Part shown: positions 49,902-64,000 of the stretch, piece after piece
Layout of the letters: each line of letters opens with the position of its first letter
How positions within the stretch are numbered: the stretch's first letter is position 1
Assembly (NCBI GenBank): GCA_020891255.1
Contig: BQFW01000002.1
Location: forward strand, 2,604,001-2,668,000
Direction: 5' to 3'
DNA from: Entomortierella parvispora E1425
Lineage: Eukaryota; Fungi; Mortierellomycota
DNA length: 64,000 nucleotides
Made by a program: the position numbers and the translations under genes
Notes under the pieces: model-generated
Database searches by the model: none
Told to the model about the DNA's origin: nothing
Seen by the model: only the letters and a program-made list of their open reading frames with translations

Positions 49902-52900
49902 TTACAAGCCAATGGTCTGTCGAGCAATCAAAATCTCGTTCGCAGTGAGCTGACCAGGGGCAGCCTTGACGGGCATCAATTCGTGCGTGACAGGGGTCAA
50001 GAAGTTGTTCAGCACACGCGACAATTGTCCCTGGGCACCCATGTTGAGGGCAATCAGAGGCAAGTCCTCGTCCTTGGCACTGTGGCGAGCCGTGAACTCG
50101 GCACACTCAAAGTTGTCCTTGAAGGTTTTGGCAGTGCCAATTAGCTTGACCACATCAGGGGAAATGGACTGGGCCAACTTGTACTGAGCCTCCATCGCAT
50201 CCGAGTTCCAGCGGATCGACCCCTTACAGTCGTGGAAGGAGGCCACGATCAAGGTCTGGCCCCTTCTGGACAGCACCTCGTCAATGTCGGCGCGGGGGAG
50301 ACCAATCTCGATATCAAGGTATTCAACACCCCATTCGAGTCCATCCTTGAGGAGTGAGACCATGCCATTGATATCCTTGTCAGGCCACTGACCACCCTGA
50401 GAGATCGAGCGAACAGTGTACAGGATGGGCAAATCGGAGTGGCGGCGAAGCAACGAGACCTGTTGAGCTACATGATCACGGAAGGAGCCAGAGAAAGACT
50501 CGGGCACCTTCAGCAAGTCCACACGCAACTCGATCACATCCGATCCGGCAACAAGCTCGGGAAGCTGAGGAAGGACGGGAGTGATATCGGGGAAAGTCAA
50601 GGAGAGGAAGAACGTTGGTTTGGATCCCGCAGGCCCCTTCAAGGACGATTTCTTGGTGCCAGTCACCACGCGCAAGTAGCGCGCGAAATTAGACTCCACC
50701 AAGGCCCATTCCTTGGCATCCTCGGCCTCAATACCCTTCAAATGCTGTCCTGCAACCACAAACTCAAAGTTGCAGCATTCACGGTACCAGCCCTCGCGAC
50801 GCGCCCAGACATCCCGCATGCTCTCGCCGTACATGGGGCGTGTGGTGTCCTTGTTCAGGTAAGCCTCAATCTCGTCAATGCTGCGGACGAGGTGCAGTAC
50901 AATGCCTCCGCGCGCAATGTACTTCTTGAAAGCATCCCGTGAAGACGCTGTCTCCACAATGCCTCCACCACATGAGATCACATGGGATGTAGGGTACTTT
51001 TCCAACAGCTCCACCAACATTTTGGCCTCTTGTTCACGGAACGCAGGCCATCCATGCTCCTTGATGAAATCGGGAATTGTCGTTCCCAAGGTCTTTTCAA
51101 AGTACTGGTCTACATCCTCGAAAGGGCGACCCAAGGTCTTGGCCGCGAAACGTCCCATTGAGGTCTTGCCAGCGCCGCGCATACCAATCACCACAATCGT
51201 GGCATTCGACTTTGCACAGCAGCCCAAAGAGGGTCTTCTGGAACTCGAGGACTTGACCTCGTAATCATGGTGCTCCGAGGGAGCGCCTAGGTCCACATCT
51301 GTCGCACGACCGCCCAACTTGGACTCGAGATCGTCCCACCACATGGGCCAGGTCTTCTCCACACACTTCTTTTCCCGAATGATGGTGCCTCCGGGAACAA
51401 CGTTGGCCAGGACACTGAAACTCATGGCCACACGATGGTCGTCATAGCACTTGACGCCATCCTTGGGAGGGGTGAGCGAGGCAATATCGTGGCCGTGAAC
51501 AATGATACCGTCGTCAAATTCTGAGGTGGTCACACCAAACTTGCCGAGTTCGTGCATCATGGCTGCAATACGGTTGCACTCCTTGACTCGCTGGTTAGCA
51601 ATACCACTGATCTTTGTGACGTTCTCTCCGCCAGGAGTCGAGGGCTGAGAAACGGCAGCCAAAACAGAGGCAGTCAAGAAGGCATCAGTCATGGTGGTCA
51701 TGTCGATATGGGGAAGAGGTCTCAAGGTACCAATAGCGGGTCCAGTCACGGTAGTCGAGGTAGCGGTCTGGACAACGGTACAGCCCATAGGACGAAGAAC
51801 GTTGACAGCAAATCCAGCATCGCCCTGGAGAGAAGCCGATCCGATGTTGGGAACAGTGCAGGTGGTGCCAGTGATGGCAGCAATAGCCAAGGGATATGTG
51901 GCAGACGAAGCATCAGCCTCGACCAAGTACTCTGCGGGGTTGACGTACGAGCCCTGAGGAATGCGGTAGGTGTTGTTGGGAAGAGCCTCGACCTCAACTC
52001 CGAAAGACTTCATCATGGCGATAGTCATGTCAATGTAGGGTTGAGAGATAACCTGACCTCCAGTCAAGACCAAAGTCACAGGCTCCTTGGTGGCGTAAGG
52101 AGCACAGAGAAGGATGGAGGAGACGTACTGAGAAGAAATGGAGGCAGCCAACTGAATCTCACCTCCTGCAAGACCATGGCTGAAAGGTGTAACCTCCAGA
52201 GGCAAACATCCCTTGCTCTCCATGTACTTGAGCTCAGAGCCATTTGCAGTCAAGGCCTCCACTAAGGGTGCGATGGGTCTCTGCTTCATTCTGGCATTTC
52301 CGGTGAGAATGGTCTTTTGACCGGGAATGCTCGAAGGAGGGACGAGAACACTGACAGTGGTCAAGAAACGGGCGGCAGTTCCTGCATTGCCGAGGTAAAG
52401 TTCAGAGTCTGGAATCTGCATTTTTCCTCCATTGCCGTGGACAACAAGGGTATCGCCGTTGTTCTCCCATTCGAAAGTCGCAGCTCCGAGCTTGGTCAAG
52501 GCAGTCAACATGACCTGAGTGTCGTCAGAATGAAGCAAGCCAGTCAAGCGGCAGGTACCCTGACCCAAAGCAGCAAGAACCAAAGCTCTGTTCGAAATGG
52601 ACTTTGATCCTGGGGGGGAGAGAGTGACGGGGGGCAAGTTGATGGGGCGAGGGTGGACAACGGTTGCGGCGGCCAAGACCTTGCGGATAATATCGTCCGA
52701 GATGTTGGAGGGCTTTTGCTCCAAGGTTTGTCCAATGCCTGACAACATAACGATGCGCTTCTGGCTGCCCATGTTCTTCTTGTCCACACGCAAGACTTGC
52801 ATGAGCTGGTCAACAGAGCAGTACTGGTTGCCGATATAGTTCTTCACAAACTTGTCTTCCATGGTCACGGGCAATCCATAGGCTTGGATGCAGCGGGTCA

Positions 52901-54141
52901 AGCGTCCCACAGCGACCTGGGAAAGGAAACCACAGTGGCGTGCAATCTCGGCCTCCTTGATCATGCCAATAGCAACGCACTCTCCGTGAAGCAACTTTGG
53001 GGTGACAAGACCCTCGATGGCGTGTCCGATCGAGTGTCCAAAGTTGAGCAATCCACGCATTCCAGTCTCACGCTCGTCGTGGGTAACAACATACGACTTG
53101 ACGGCGACGGAAGCCATGACGACCTGGAGAAGCAATTGCTGAGCAGGCGTACGAGAATCCAGAGTGGCACCTAGACGAGGGCATCAAAAGGGAATAGAGA
53201 GATATTGTCAGTCAATCAACGAAGGAGCGAAAAATTGGTGGCAACCCAAAATATTATGGTTTCGAATTTGAACGGAGTTTGTTCGCTCTTTCCGTTTAGA
53301 GTGATCAGTGCACCCCCGGACAAAGACCTTCGTGTCATCTCATCTTCAAGGTGATTCACCCAGAGATAAGAGAAAAGTACCCCATTCCCCGCTCCCTGTT
53401 CCCTGTTTCTTTAGTCCATTATTTCTTACCTTGGAACTCGACGTTACGAACAGGCTTCAGGACCGCATCACGGATGGCCTCGGCTCCGTTCTCGAGCAGC
53501 ACAAAGTCGTCCTGGTTCCAGATCGCTGCAGTCTTGATCACCTCTGCCATGCCGTTGACAAACTCACGCTCGGGAAGAGTCTCCAACATGGACAGATCGA
53601 TAAAGATGCGCTTGGGCTGCCAGAAGGCACCGATGGGGTTCTTGGCCTGGGGCGTGTCAATGGCGGTCTTGCCTCCAATGGAAGAATCCACCATGGCCAA
53701 GAGGGTCGTGGGAATCTGGACAAAGGGGACACCGCGCATGAAAGTAGCGGCCACAAAGCCAACCAGATCACCAATGACACCTCCGCCCATAGCAAAGACC
53801 AAAGTATCACGAGTGCATCCCTGGGCCAGGAAGTAGTCTTCAATCTCAGCCTTGACAGCTCTTGACTTTGACTCTTCGCCAGGAGGGATCACATAGGTCA
53901 AGAGTCGGGGCAAAGCAGAGCCTGAAGCACTGGAGACCTCTTCCGAGATCTTGTGGAAAGCAGTCTGGAAGCGATCAAGGTAGAGCTTCTGGAGGTTGAC
54001 ATCGGTCACGACGACGTAGGTCGAAGCCTTGAAGTGAGTGAGCGTGTCCCGGAGCAGGTAATCAAAGATGTGAAAGCCGAGCGCGATAGTCTCTGACCCC
54101 AGAATGGAGACCTTGTCGATATGAGGGTTGGGGTGGCTCAT
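49902..54141 (-). CDS. ARO1: AROM polypeptide with DHQ synthase, EPSP synthase, shikimate kinase and type I DHQ dehydratase; shikimate dehydrogenase domain absent; 2 exons, ~1,326 aa
   Basis: [39 protein letters not shown]; [37 protein letters not shown]; GMRGAGKT; [17 protein letters not shown] then ARQTIGL-TAA. Intron 53429-53171. Confidence 0.96.
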
Positions 54142-54789
54142 GATTGAAGGAGGGTGAACGGGATAGATAGTAGATGGAGTCCTCTGGGCTGACACTTTAG
54201 ATCATAGGACAGTTCAGAGAAGAGAATTTGGAAATGAAAAACAAAGAGTGACAAAGAAGACGAAGGGTGCGCTGGTGTCACTGGGGATGAGGGGGAGCGA
54301 GAGTGAGTGAGTGAGGGTGAGTGACGGAATGAAAGGGGAGAGAGGGGGGAGGATTAAAGAGAAAGAGAGAGAGAGAGAAGGAAGGAAGGGAGAAAGGAGA
54401 GGAAAGAAGAGAGAAAGAAAGAGATAGAAGATAGATGGGTCGTACAATCTTCAGGCGTCCCTTTGATCGCTCTTTTGGCTTGACTCAGAGGAAACAAAAA
54501 GTTTCACTGACGTTCGTTCCTGGCAAGTGAGAGAAGGACTCACTGATTTTTTGATTTTTGATTTTTGGGCAGTGTGTGAGTCCTCGCCTTTCTTGCTGAA
54601 AAAATTGTCACGGTATTTCCTGTTATCGTACATATTAACATCACGTCGAACGTGGTTCCCCTCGCCCCATCTTGACGTTGTTCATTCCTTGCTACATGTA
54701 CCTCTTTTTTTTCTTTTTTTTCCCTCTTCTTCTTCTTTCTCTCACTCCTTCCATTCCTCATTATCTTTGCTCCTATATTCCTGCATCAT

Positions 54790-55526
54790 ATTCACTCTTC
54801 ATTTCAATAAAGATGAAAGGGTTGAGCAAGCTCATTATAGCGCCGGTTACCTTGATCGTTTGACCCTACTCTCTGTAACTCTGCTGTATGTTCCAAGGAT
54901 GGTATCCAAGATATTGTATTCTCTGGTGGATCCGCCAACATCCCCTTCCTCCAGTCGGCCATCCGGGAATATTTTGGTCTTCATAGAAAATACCATGGAT
55001 CGAACTCTCTCCTGAAATCACCGTGCTGCAATGGCCATTGGTACTGTGACAGAATACATTCTTCCAGTAACATGTGTTGTACCCTTTTGAACGCAACATT
55101 GGCAATGAGACTTCCGGCGGAGCAATGTGCACATTTACTGGCCAGGACTCTGACATGAGTATCAACGAGATGTACACATTTTCTACAACAAAGGATGACC
55201 AGGATCGCGTGGTCATCCGAGTCTTTGAGGGGAGAGGAAAATGGACGGATCAGAATGAGTTCTTGGGTAGGGTCGTGCTATCAGGGATTGCACCAGCTCC
55301 CAAGGGCATTCCACAGATCCGTGTTTGGCTCAACACTTATGGATGTGGCGGCTTTATCAATCTGAATGTCATGGACGTGGCCTCTGGCAGGACCAATGCC
55401 ACCATATTCACTGGCGAAAAAAGAGTGGACGACCACTATGGAGTGAATATCGATAACGATGTGATAGAAGGAGGGGCGTTTGAGATTGATCCAGCAGGTA
55501 AACCGACTGTTTTGCCGACTCGGTGA
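54790..55526 (+). pseudogene. Truncated, frameshifted Hsp70-like fragment (end of NBD plus part of SBD)
   Basis: DGIQDIVFSGGSANIPFLQ..IREYFG in one frame; IGNETSGG...FSTTKDDQDRVVIRVFEG...NEFLGRVVLSGIAPAPKGIPQIRV in another; frame changes near 54880 and 55010. Confidence 0.6.
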
Positions 55527-55942
55527 ACTTCAAAATAAAAACCCCTTCCCCTCTTTCCTGAGAACTCAGAAACTTACGCCAGTCGCTTTGAGGGATTGTC
55601 CGAGCTTCTGGTATTACCGACGCCCGAGGCAACACTGATATCCCTCAATCATTCCTCGTCGGGGCGCTCTATCGAGCGGTCCCGGATAATGTTCAGAACT
55701 TTAGGATATGAGCGAAAAATCACGGAAAATTGGTGGCAAAAAAAGATTAATCTGTCGCAGTATTCCATTCATCGCAAATGCTGCTCGTGCCTGGACCTTT
55801 TCCTGTTCCCGCTCATTTGTCGTTGCATGCATGCATCTGCTGACACGAACAAACCAGCGCGTCGGTTTCACCTTTTCTTCTTTTCTTCCATTCAAAGCAC
55901 TCCAATCTCTTCATTCGTTATCAGTCATCTAGTCATCGCCAC

Positions 55943-56593
55943 ATGTCAGACCACACCAAGGAATTACACGACCCTGCTGCAGAGACCCAGCTCGAGGAAC
56001 CCCTCGACGACGGCACCTCTTCTGGCATTCTCCTCGACAAGGCGGACTACGAGTCCACACCCGAGGTCACCTCCCTGTCCTCCTCGGCCATCTTTGAGCA
56101 ACCCGAGGATGCCGAACACCTTTCAGAAAAGAAGCCAGCGGGGGCTGATATCCCCAAAAGTATCACTGTCCCAACCACCGTATCCCTTTCCACCCCCGCC
56201 ACCACCTCCACCGCTCTTTCGACCGAAGTCTTGGATTTGAATCAGACCATGCCCTGGAAGCTCTTTTATCCCCTTATCAGCCGAGAGACAATCCTCGCCA
56301 TCTGCAAAGCAACGGCCATCAACTTCTTGCTTCCCTTTGTCAACGGAGTGTTTCTGGGCTTTGGAGAGATTTGTGCACACGAACTCACTTACCGTTGGGG
56401 TTGGACAAATTCGGCACATGTCGTTAGTGTGCCTGGTAGACGGCCCGTTGCAGCCGGCAATGTTGGCATCAGAGCTGCTGGGGCTTCCGGTGCTGGTTCT
56501 TCAGGATATGCTGGAAGTTCTTCTGGAATCGGTGGTCTTGGTCGATATGATGAAGAATTTATTGCCAACGATACCAAGAGGCGGCAATATTAG
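55943..56593 (+). CDS. MIM1: Mitochondrial import protein Mim1 (TOM13 family)
   Basis: INFLLPFVNGVFLGFGEICAHEL..RWGW signature after an acidic N-terminus. Confidence 0.9.
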   Translation: MSDHTKELHDPAAETQLEEPLDDGTSSGILLDKADYESTPEVTSLSSSAIFEQPEDAEHLSEKKPAGADIPKSITVPTTVSLSTPATTSTALSTEVLDLNQTMPWKLFYPLISRETILAICKATAINFLLPFVNGVFLGFGEICAHELTYRWGWTNSAHVVSVPGRRPVAAGNVGIRAAGASGAGSSGYAGSSSGIGGLGRYDEEFIANDTKRRQY

Positions 56594-56773
56594 AAGGCTT
56601 TGTAGGGGCAGCGAACAAATGGATTTCAACACAGTGAAAGTCGCCCCTTCCTCAAAACATAGAAAAATACACCAGCATGCCATCACACACCACACCACAC
56701 ACCACACACCACGCGAAATGTACAGAGTAAAAAATGTGTATTGAAGATTTTTGAAAGGTTGAGCAGAAGAACA

Positions 56774-58236
<1,463 letters not shown>

Positions 58237-58749
58237 GACGGAGAGGTTCCGAGACGAGGACGCAAGGGGGACAGAGTGAGGAGCGAAAGGGAATGAGCAA
58301 CAGGCAACAAAGGGCAGGGCAGGGCAGGCAGTCGTGGTCGCGCACACCTTCGGACTGCTTTTTCCGTGTGATCACGTGCCTACGGGAGAGAGAGAGAGAA
58401 GGAAGGACCACATGGCAGAGAGCGGTGGGTGGCAGTGAGAGTAAGAACAGGCGAGTGAGAGAGCGTTGGGACCTTCCTTCTGTCTTTCTTTACCCCAACC
58501 CTTTCTTTCTCTTTTCTTTCCTTTCCCTTCCTCCCTCCTTCCTTTTCCTCCTGTCCTTCCCTCTCGCCCCGCCCGTCCCTTTTCTTCAGACTGACATTAC
58601 TCCCGTCCTCTCGTCCTCCTTCCTTGTCATTGTCTGTCTGCCCTCCTTTCCTCCGATTCATCACCTCGTCTTCTTGCTGTCTGCTGTCTTTTCTTCCTCC
58701 CTGCGCGGCTTCGTCTTGATCACCTTCCGACTGCATTAGCCCAACTCTC

Positions 58750-60009
58750 ATGTCTCTCTTCAAGGCATTCGTTCGGTTCCTCGAGACTGAGGTGGTCAAT
58801 CCTGCCTCAAAGTTTGTCGAAAAGATTGCTTTCGAGATGCCGAATGTAACCGATCTTGCCGACACCTACAAAGGCACATGGTATCTCTCCCCTCGACAGC
58901 ATACCATCGAGTTTGTCTGCTACAACATCCTCTTCTTTGTCCTCCTTCGTCTCGGACTGCACCTCTTCCGCAAGAAAGGGTAAGGATCTTCTCGTGGAAT
59001 ATTCATCTCCCCCCTCCCACAGCCTGGGCCAGGAACAAGGAGAATACCGATATATCTCCTTTTTATTTTTATATTGCTTGGCCAACATTTGTTTGTTGGA
59101 GAAGCGCATGTCCACTCAATTGGTCCAGCCCAACGAACGGTCTGCGCTGGCAGTGCACAGTTCTTGACTTTCCAAATCCTACCTTGTTGCTGACATCAGA
59201 CTTTGGAATGCAACATTTACTGTTTTCCAAGGGATTGATCTGTTAACCACCGGCTACCGTTATCTGCTGCTAGATCCGCATTTTACAGCCCTCGACTGGA
59301 TCAACTCTCCGAGAGTATTAGCACCAATGTTTTGCAGGGTCATTTCATGGACAGGGCGGTGCTGGTCTTGCTCTGTGGATCGTATGCGCTGACTGTCTAC
59401 CACAAGGTCTTTGGCGACAACTTTTTATATCTCCTCCAGCCCTGCCACGTGAACTTGCTCCTGTTGATCTTCACCATGATCGGACCTCAGGGCAACAAGT
59501 TTGCCAACATGGCCTTCAACTCGTACCTTCACTACATCTGGGCCACGATTTTCGCTCTCTCCTTCCCCGATACCTCCGAGAACGGACTCCATTTGGTGAT
59601 TGAGAACTTTTGGTTCGAGCACTACCTCTTGCTGCTGGTGCCCATTTATCTGATCTACTCTGGCCGCTTTGTGCTCTTTCCCCTCTCGCTCTCCTACGCC
59701 GTGTTCTCCTACGCCGCCTTTTCGCTCTTCCACTCCTTTATCCTCAGTGGCGTGGGTCTCTTGACTGGACACAACTTGAACTACATGCTGGTCCCCCCCA
59801 ATTCGCCCGTGATGCACAGCTTTGGAAAGTTTTACCGCCTCACCGTCTACTGCATCACATTTGTGTTGTGTTTGCTCTCGCGCTACGTTATTGTCGAGAT
59901 CTTTGCCGTAGGACTCCGATACAAGCAGTGGAAGAAGGCCAATAGCAACATGCGCATGCAGGGCATTCCTCTGGTCCCAGCATTGACCAAGGACATCAAA
60001 GTTGAATAA
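58750..60009 (+). CDS. TMEM164-family multipass membrane protein, 2 exons
   Basis: WYLSPRQH..E, YLLQPCHVNL, FPDT, FWFEHYLLLLVPIY, NLNYML.PP; intron 58981-59273 joins in frame. Confidence 0.8.
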
Positions 60010-60258
60010 CACATTCCCACATAACCACGGTTATTCCTACATAACCCATATATCCCGACTTTTTTTTCATCCTGTCATTCATTTCGTTACACTTTGTAGT
60101 TGTATTCCCTTTCCGCATCCTTCCAGCCCTGTAATAAAACAACAAGACACCCTTTTATTTAAAATTACCCTAGGTTTCCTTGCGGTTTGAAATTTTACCA
60201 AGCCGTAACTTTTAATCGATTTTTTTTTTCTCATTCAACAAACATTATGTTAGTTGGA

Positions 60259-62159
60259 TCAAACTTCGCGTTCATGAAATCCGTCCCGGGTTTGTTGAGC
60301 TGCCAACTCTGAAGCCTTGTTCCAAAAGACCAGCTTCTCTTTGTCGTTGAAGCGAACCGACACCATCCGCTCAACCTTGGAGTCCTTGGTAAAGACAATG
60401 ACCTCATCTGCGCTCTTGGACTGCACTAGATTCTCGTTCGCGATCGAGATCCAAACTTTTTGCAATTGACGGCTCAATCCGAGTTCCTGTTCTGTCAAGA
60501 CAGTTTCCAAACAAGGAGGACCAAAGACATAGGGCAATTCGATGCCGTGCATGGCCCCCAGACCGGGGATGAGCTGATTCAGCTTTTGAATCTCGCTATC
60601 GAAATGATAGTGATGGACCTCAAACCGTCCAGGCTTTTGGGTCTGCAGGGTCTGCAGAGTTTGAGCGACTCTGTAATTGGGAAGGAACGTCATGGAGTCG
60701 CCCAGGAATTGCGCTACAAGCTTGCTCACTTCCTCATCCGTCTCGGGGTTACCATAGGCAGCTTCAAACGCAGGGAGGAGTTCTGTAGAAGGGACGAGTC
60801 TCTTGACAATTCCGGGCCATGCGGCCCTGGTCCGCTGAGGGATGATCATGGCAAAGAGAGATCCTTCGTCCTTGTTATCGCCAATCAACACCGATTTCAG
60901 GTTTGGATCATACGCGTTCGGGTCCAAGGCCAAGATCCCGATCGGTACCTTGGAGGGAAGGATCGCGCCATTGTGGTCATAGTACGGCGTGAAGCGGTTC
61001 ATGGGGATCTGGTTCCCGGCCGCCGACAATTCTTCCACAGGAGTGGCCCTCAATCGTCTCATTTTCTCACGCGCATCCAAATCCAAGGGGATCTTGAGAT
61101 GGTTGAGCAGATCATTGAACAAGGTCTGGCCGGCGGTGTGCACATGGCTTGCTGGCGTCGTAAATGCAGTGCCCGATTGGATGATGGCATGATCAAAAAG
61201 ACCAAAGTGGGCTGGACAGAGTGTGTGGTAATGAATGGAAACTGCACCGGCCGACGAACCAAAAGCAGTAACGTTTCTGGGATTGCCTCCAAAGGCACCA
61301 ATGTTTTCTCGAACCCATTCAAAGGCCAATTTTTGGTCCATGAGTCCCCAGTTACCAATGGTGCGGTCATAGTCCGGGATCAAGTTCCTGGAGCTGGCCA
61401 CGGACTCCTCCATCTCTTGTTCGAGTTCTTTGGAGGCTAGGAAACCAAACACGTTCAATCGGTAGTTGACGACCACAACGATCACAGGCTGGTTCAATTG
61501 AGCAGAGTGAGATACAAAGTTGGAGGCATCTGGTGAAAATAGGATACAAACACAAACAGTCAGTTTTTTTTCCGGATAGGCAGGTGCACATGTCAAAAAC
61601 GGTAAGCATGACGTGGAAAAGTACTTACCATACAAGGTGGCTCCATTATGACCCTGAGCGAATCCTCCTCCGTGGATAAAGGCCATGACAGGAACAGGCC
61701 CAGAAGTTTCCTGGAGAGCTTCCAGGGGTACAAAGATGTTCAAGTTCAAGCAGTGGACCTCATCAATGTCCAACCCATACTGGAACTTTCCATCTCCGAG
61801 TTTCTTGTAGCTCTCCGGAATGAGCATGTTTAGTGGGAACTGTGAGGGCGCTTGAGGATGAACGGGTCTATGGGTTGAAAATACATCAAAAAAATCTCGA
61901 TGAGTGAGGTTCCCACGGCATTTTGCTTCGTGACAGGACGTGTTTTAAGGAGGTGAAAATGCACTGAAGATAGTCTACAATACCCTTGCTGAGTTGCATC
62001 GCGAACACCGGTCCAAGGATGCGCTTTGACGGCAGGACGCCAACGTTCGGGCACGGTTGCGTAGGGTACATTCTTGAAGACTGCCACCTTACGGTTCTTG
62101 TCGATGGATCCTCGAAGGACACCAAAATTGGGGACATTGACTTCGGTAGTTGGGGACAT
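60259..62159 (-). CDS. Type-B carboxylesterase/lipase (copy 2), 3 exons
   Basis: FKNVPYA..PERWRPA, CLNLNIF, FIHGGGF, NWGLMDQKLAFEWV, FGSSAG, DEG, MHGIELPYVFG. Confidence 0.92.
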
Positions 62160-62510
62160 GTTGTGCAGTAGATATCTGATGGGTAGAAAAGAGAGAGAGG
62201 AGGTTGTATAATTTCTGAAAAAAGAGTGGGAGAGAGAAGGGTTTTAAAGGGAAAAAAAAGAAACATGGTCACCAACCCTTGGAAGGCGGTGGTCTGTGCA
62301 TCATTGGTCCCCTCAGCCCGATAAGTTCGTGGCCAGCCGCAGTCTGTGGCACATAAATTGCGCAGACCAGAGATTGGTGGCGAAACGGTCACGTGTAAAT
62401 TTGCGAAATCCTTGCGAATCATTACATCGAGCATGAGCAACAGCTCGTTCGACTTGCACAAACGCAACCCTGCATCACGGATTCATCACTGGAGAGGACT
62501 CTACGTCAAC

Positions 62511-64000
62511 ATGGGAAAGGGCACAGGTACATGGCAGGCATAGCATGGATGAACATGCAGCAATTCGATTTTTGATCGGCATCCGAGAGAGGTCGTACTC
62601 ACGCACAATCACCATCTACCATGTTGCACCTTTAGACAAGATGTACATCACCCACTCCGAGTGGAGTAACGAGTTCTCGGAGGGTGGCATGAATTTTGGA
62701 GGCGCAGGAGGTCGGAGGCAGACCCAGATTTTCCGAAGACTGCCCTTTGACTGCTGCTCCCTCTCCTTGCAGCCCTTTGAGCACCCTGTGTGCACGGAGG
62801 ATGGTATCATTTTTGACCTTGTGTAAGCTCAGCCCGACACAAAACAAGAGCAGCATACACATTTCACCCGAAAAGGGGGGAGATAGAAAGGGCAGGATTC
62901 TAATCACGCACTTGTACTTTCTTTACTTGTTTTTCACTACAGAAACATTGTGCCTTATCTGAAAAAGTTTGGAACGAACCCAGCAACAGGAGAAAAGCTC
63001 GATGCCAAGACATTGATCAAATTGAACTTTTTCAAGAATGCCAATGGTAATAATTTTACTGCGCGGATAACAGGGCCCCTGGAAGGAATTGGTCCAGACC
63101 GCTTAGTTTTTCCGTTTTGCTGACGAGGCCTGCTTTAACTTGTTTAGATGAATACCATTGTCCTATCACTCTCAGAGTCTTTAACGAAAACACGCACATC
63201 GTGGCCATCAAAACCTCTGGAAACGTTTTTGCATTTGAGGCTGTGGAACGACTTAATATCAAGGCCAAGTTTTGGAGAGATCTCATGACCGACGAACCTT
63301 TTACACGGAAAGATGTCATCACTATTCAGGTAATGGGACACTCTATACCTTCCTCTTTCCAGGCGTGTTTTTGGCGATGTTCGATGATGCTGATTGACGG
63401 AATCTTTAAAACGTAGGACCCCCACAACATGCAAAAGAGAAACTTGGCAGAGTTCCATTATGTCAAGAATGACCTCTCTGCTCTTGATGAAGGTGTGTAC
63501 TCCTTAAGATCTCCTTGCCTTTTATTGACTAGTGCCTTGTGCAACCAGAAAGTCCAACTGACAACGGAATTTATATTATCTGGAATTTTAGAGAAAGAAC
63601 GCAAGAAGCGCGATCCTATGAACAATATCAACCAGAAGGGAGCAACGGGAAAAATTCTCACACAACTCAACATGGAAAAGATGGAAAAGGCAGCAGTGGA
63701 AAAGAAGAAGAAGGAAGAGGAGGCCAAGGCTCGGGGGACGACCTTGAACAAGGCCATGGAAGCTATGTCCAACAAGCCCGCCTTGGCGTACAATGCTGCC
63801 GCCTACACGACAGGAAAGGCCAGTGCGTCGTTGACATCTACAGCCGTCAGTGTCTCCACCACCAACGACCGTGCACTCATGAGCCATGAAGAGTACATGT
63901 TCCCACTCATCAAGGCCAAAGGTTATGGTACTATCGTGACGAACTATGGAAAGATCAACATCGAGTTGTTTTGTGACCAGGTAAGGAGAAAATTTGGCCG
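62511..64000 (+). CDS. PPIL2: U-box/cyclophilin peptidyl-prolyl isomerase-like 2 (Cyp60), 5' part; runs off the window
   Basis: MGKGT-DKMYITHSEW, FRRLPFDCCSLSLQPFEHPVCT.DG.IFD, EYHCPIT..VF...THIVAI..SGNVF, DEPFTRKDVITIQD, KGY..I.TNYGKINIELFCD. Confidence 0.93.

Overview
Gene-dense, intron-rich fungal nuclear DNA. Gene content and style (T5orf172 protein, F-box/LRR relic, PD-(D/E)XK effector-like gene, INTS7, TMEM164) suggest an early-diverging fungus, probably Mortierellaceae; this is inference, not a database result. Recognisable genes: SLA2, a DGAT2, RPL12, two type-B carboxylesterases, an ABCG half-transporter, VMA1, SSF1/PPAN, INTS7, VPS52, an AP beta-adaptin, ARO1, MIM1, MGM101, TMEM164, the 5' part of a PPIL2/Cyp60 cyclophilin, and a clear U2 snRNA. 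Most notable items: (1) a ~2,350-aa secreted protein with ~24 eight-cysteine repeats, a His/Lys-rich N-terminal segment, a helical C-terminal domain and one in-frame TAA; (2) a 261-bp element in two tandem ~97% identical copies that folds into several hairpins and that I cannot assign to a known RNA family; (3) a second multi-hairpin region behind a U2-like TATA box between SSF1 and INTS7; (4) an AROM gene that stops before the shikimate dehydrogenase domain. All gene models, splice sites and folds were derived by eye, so boundaries may be off by a few bases.
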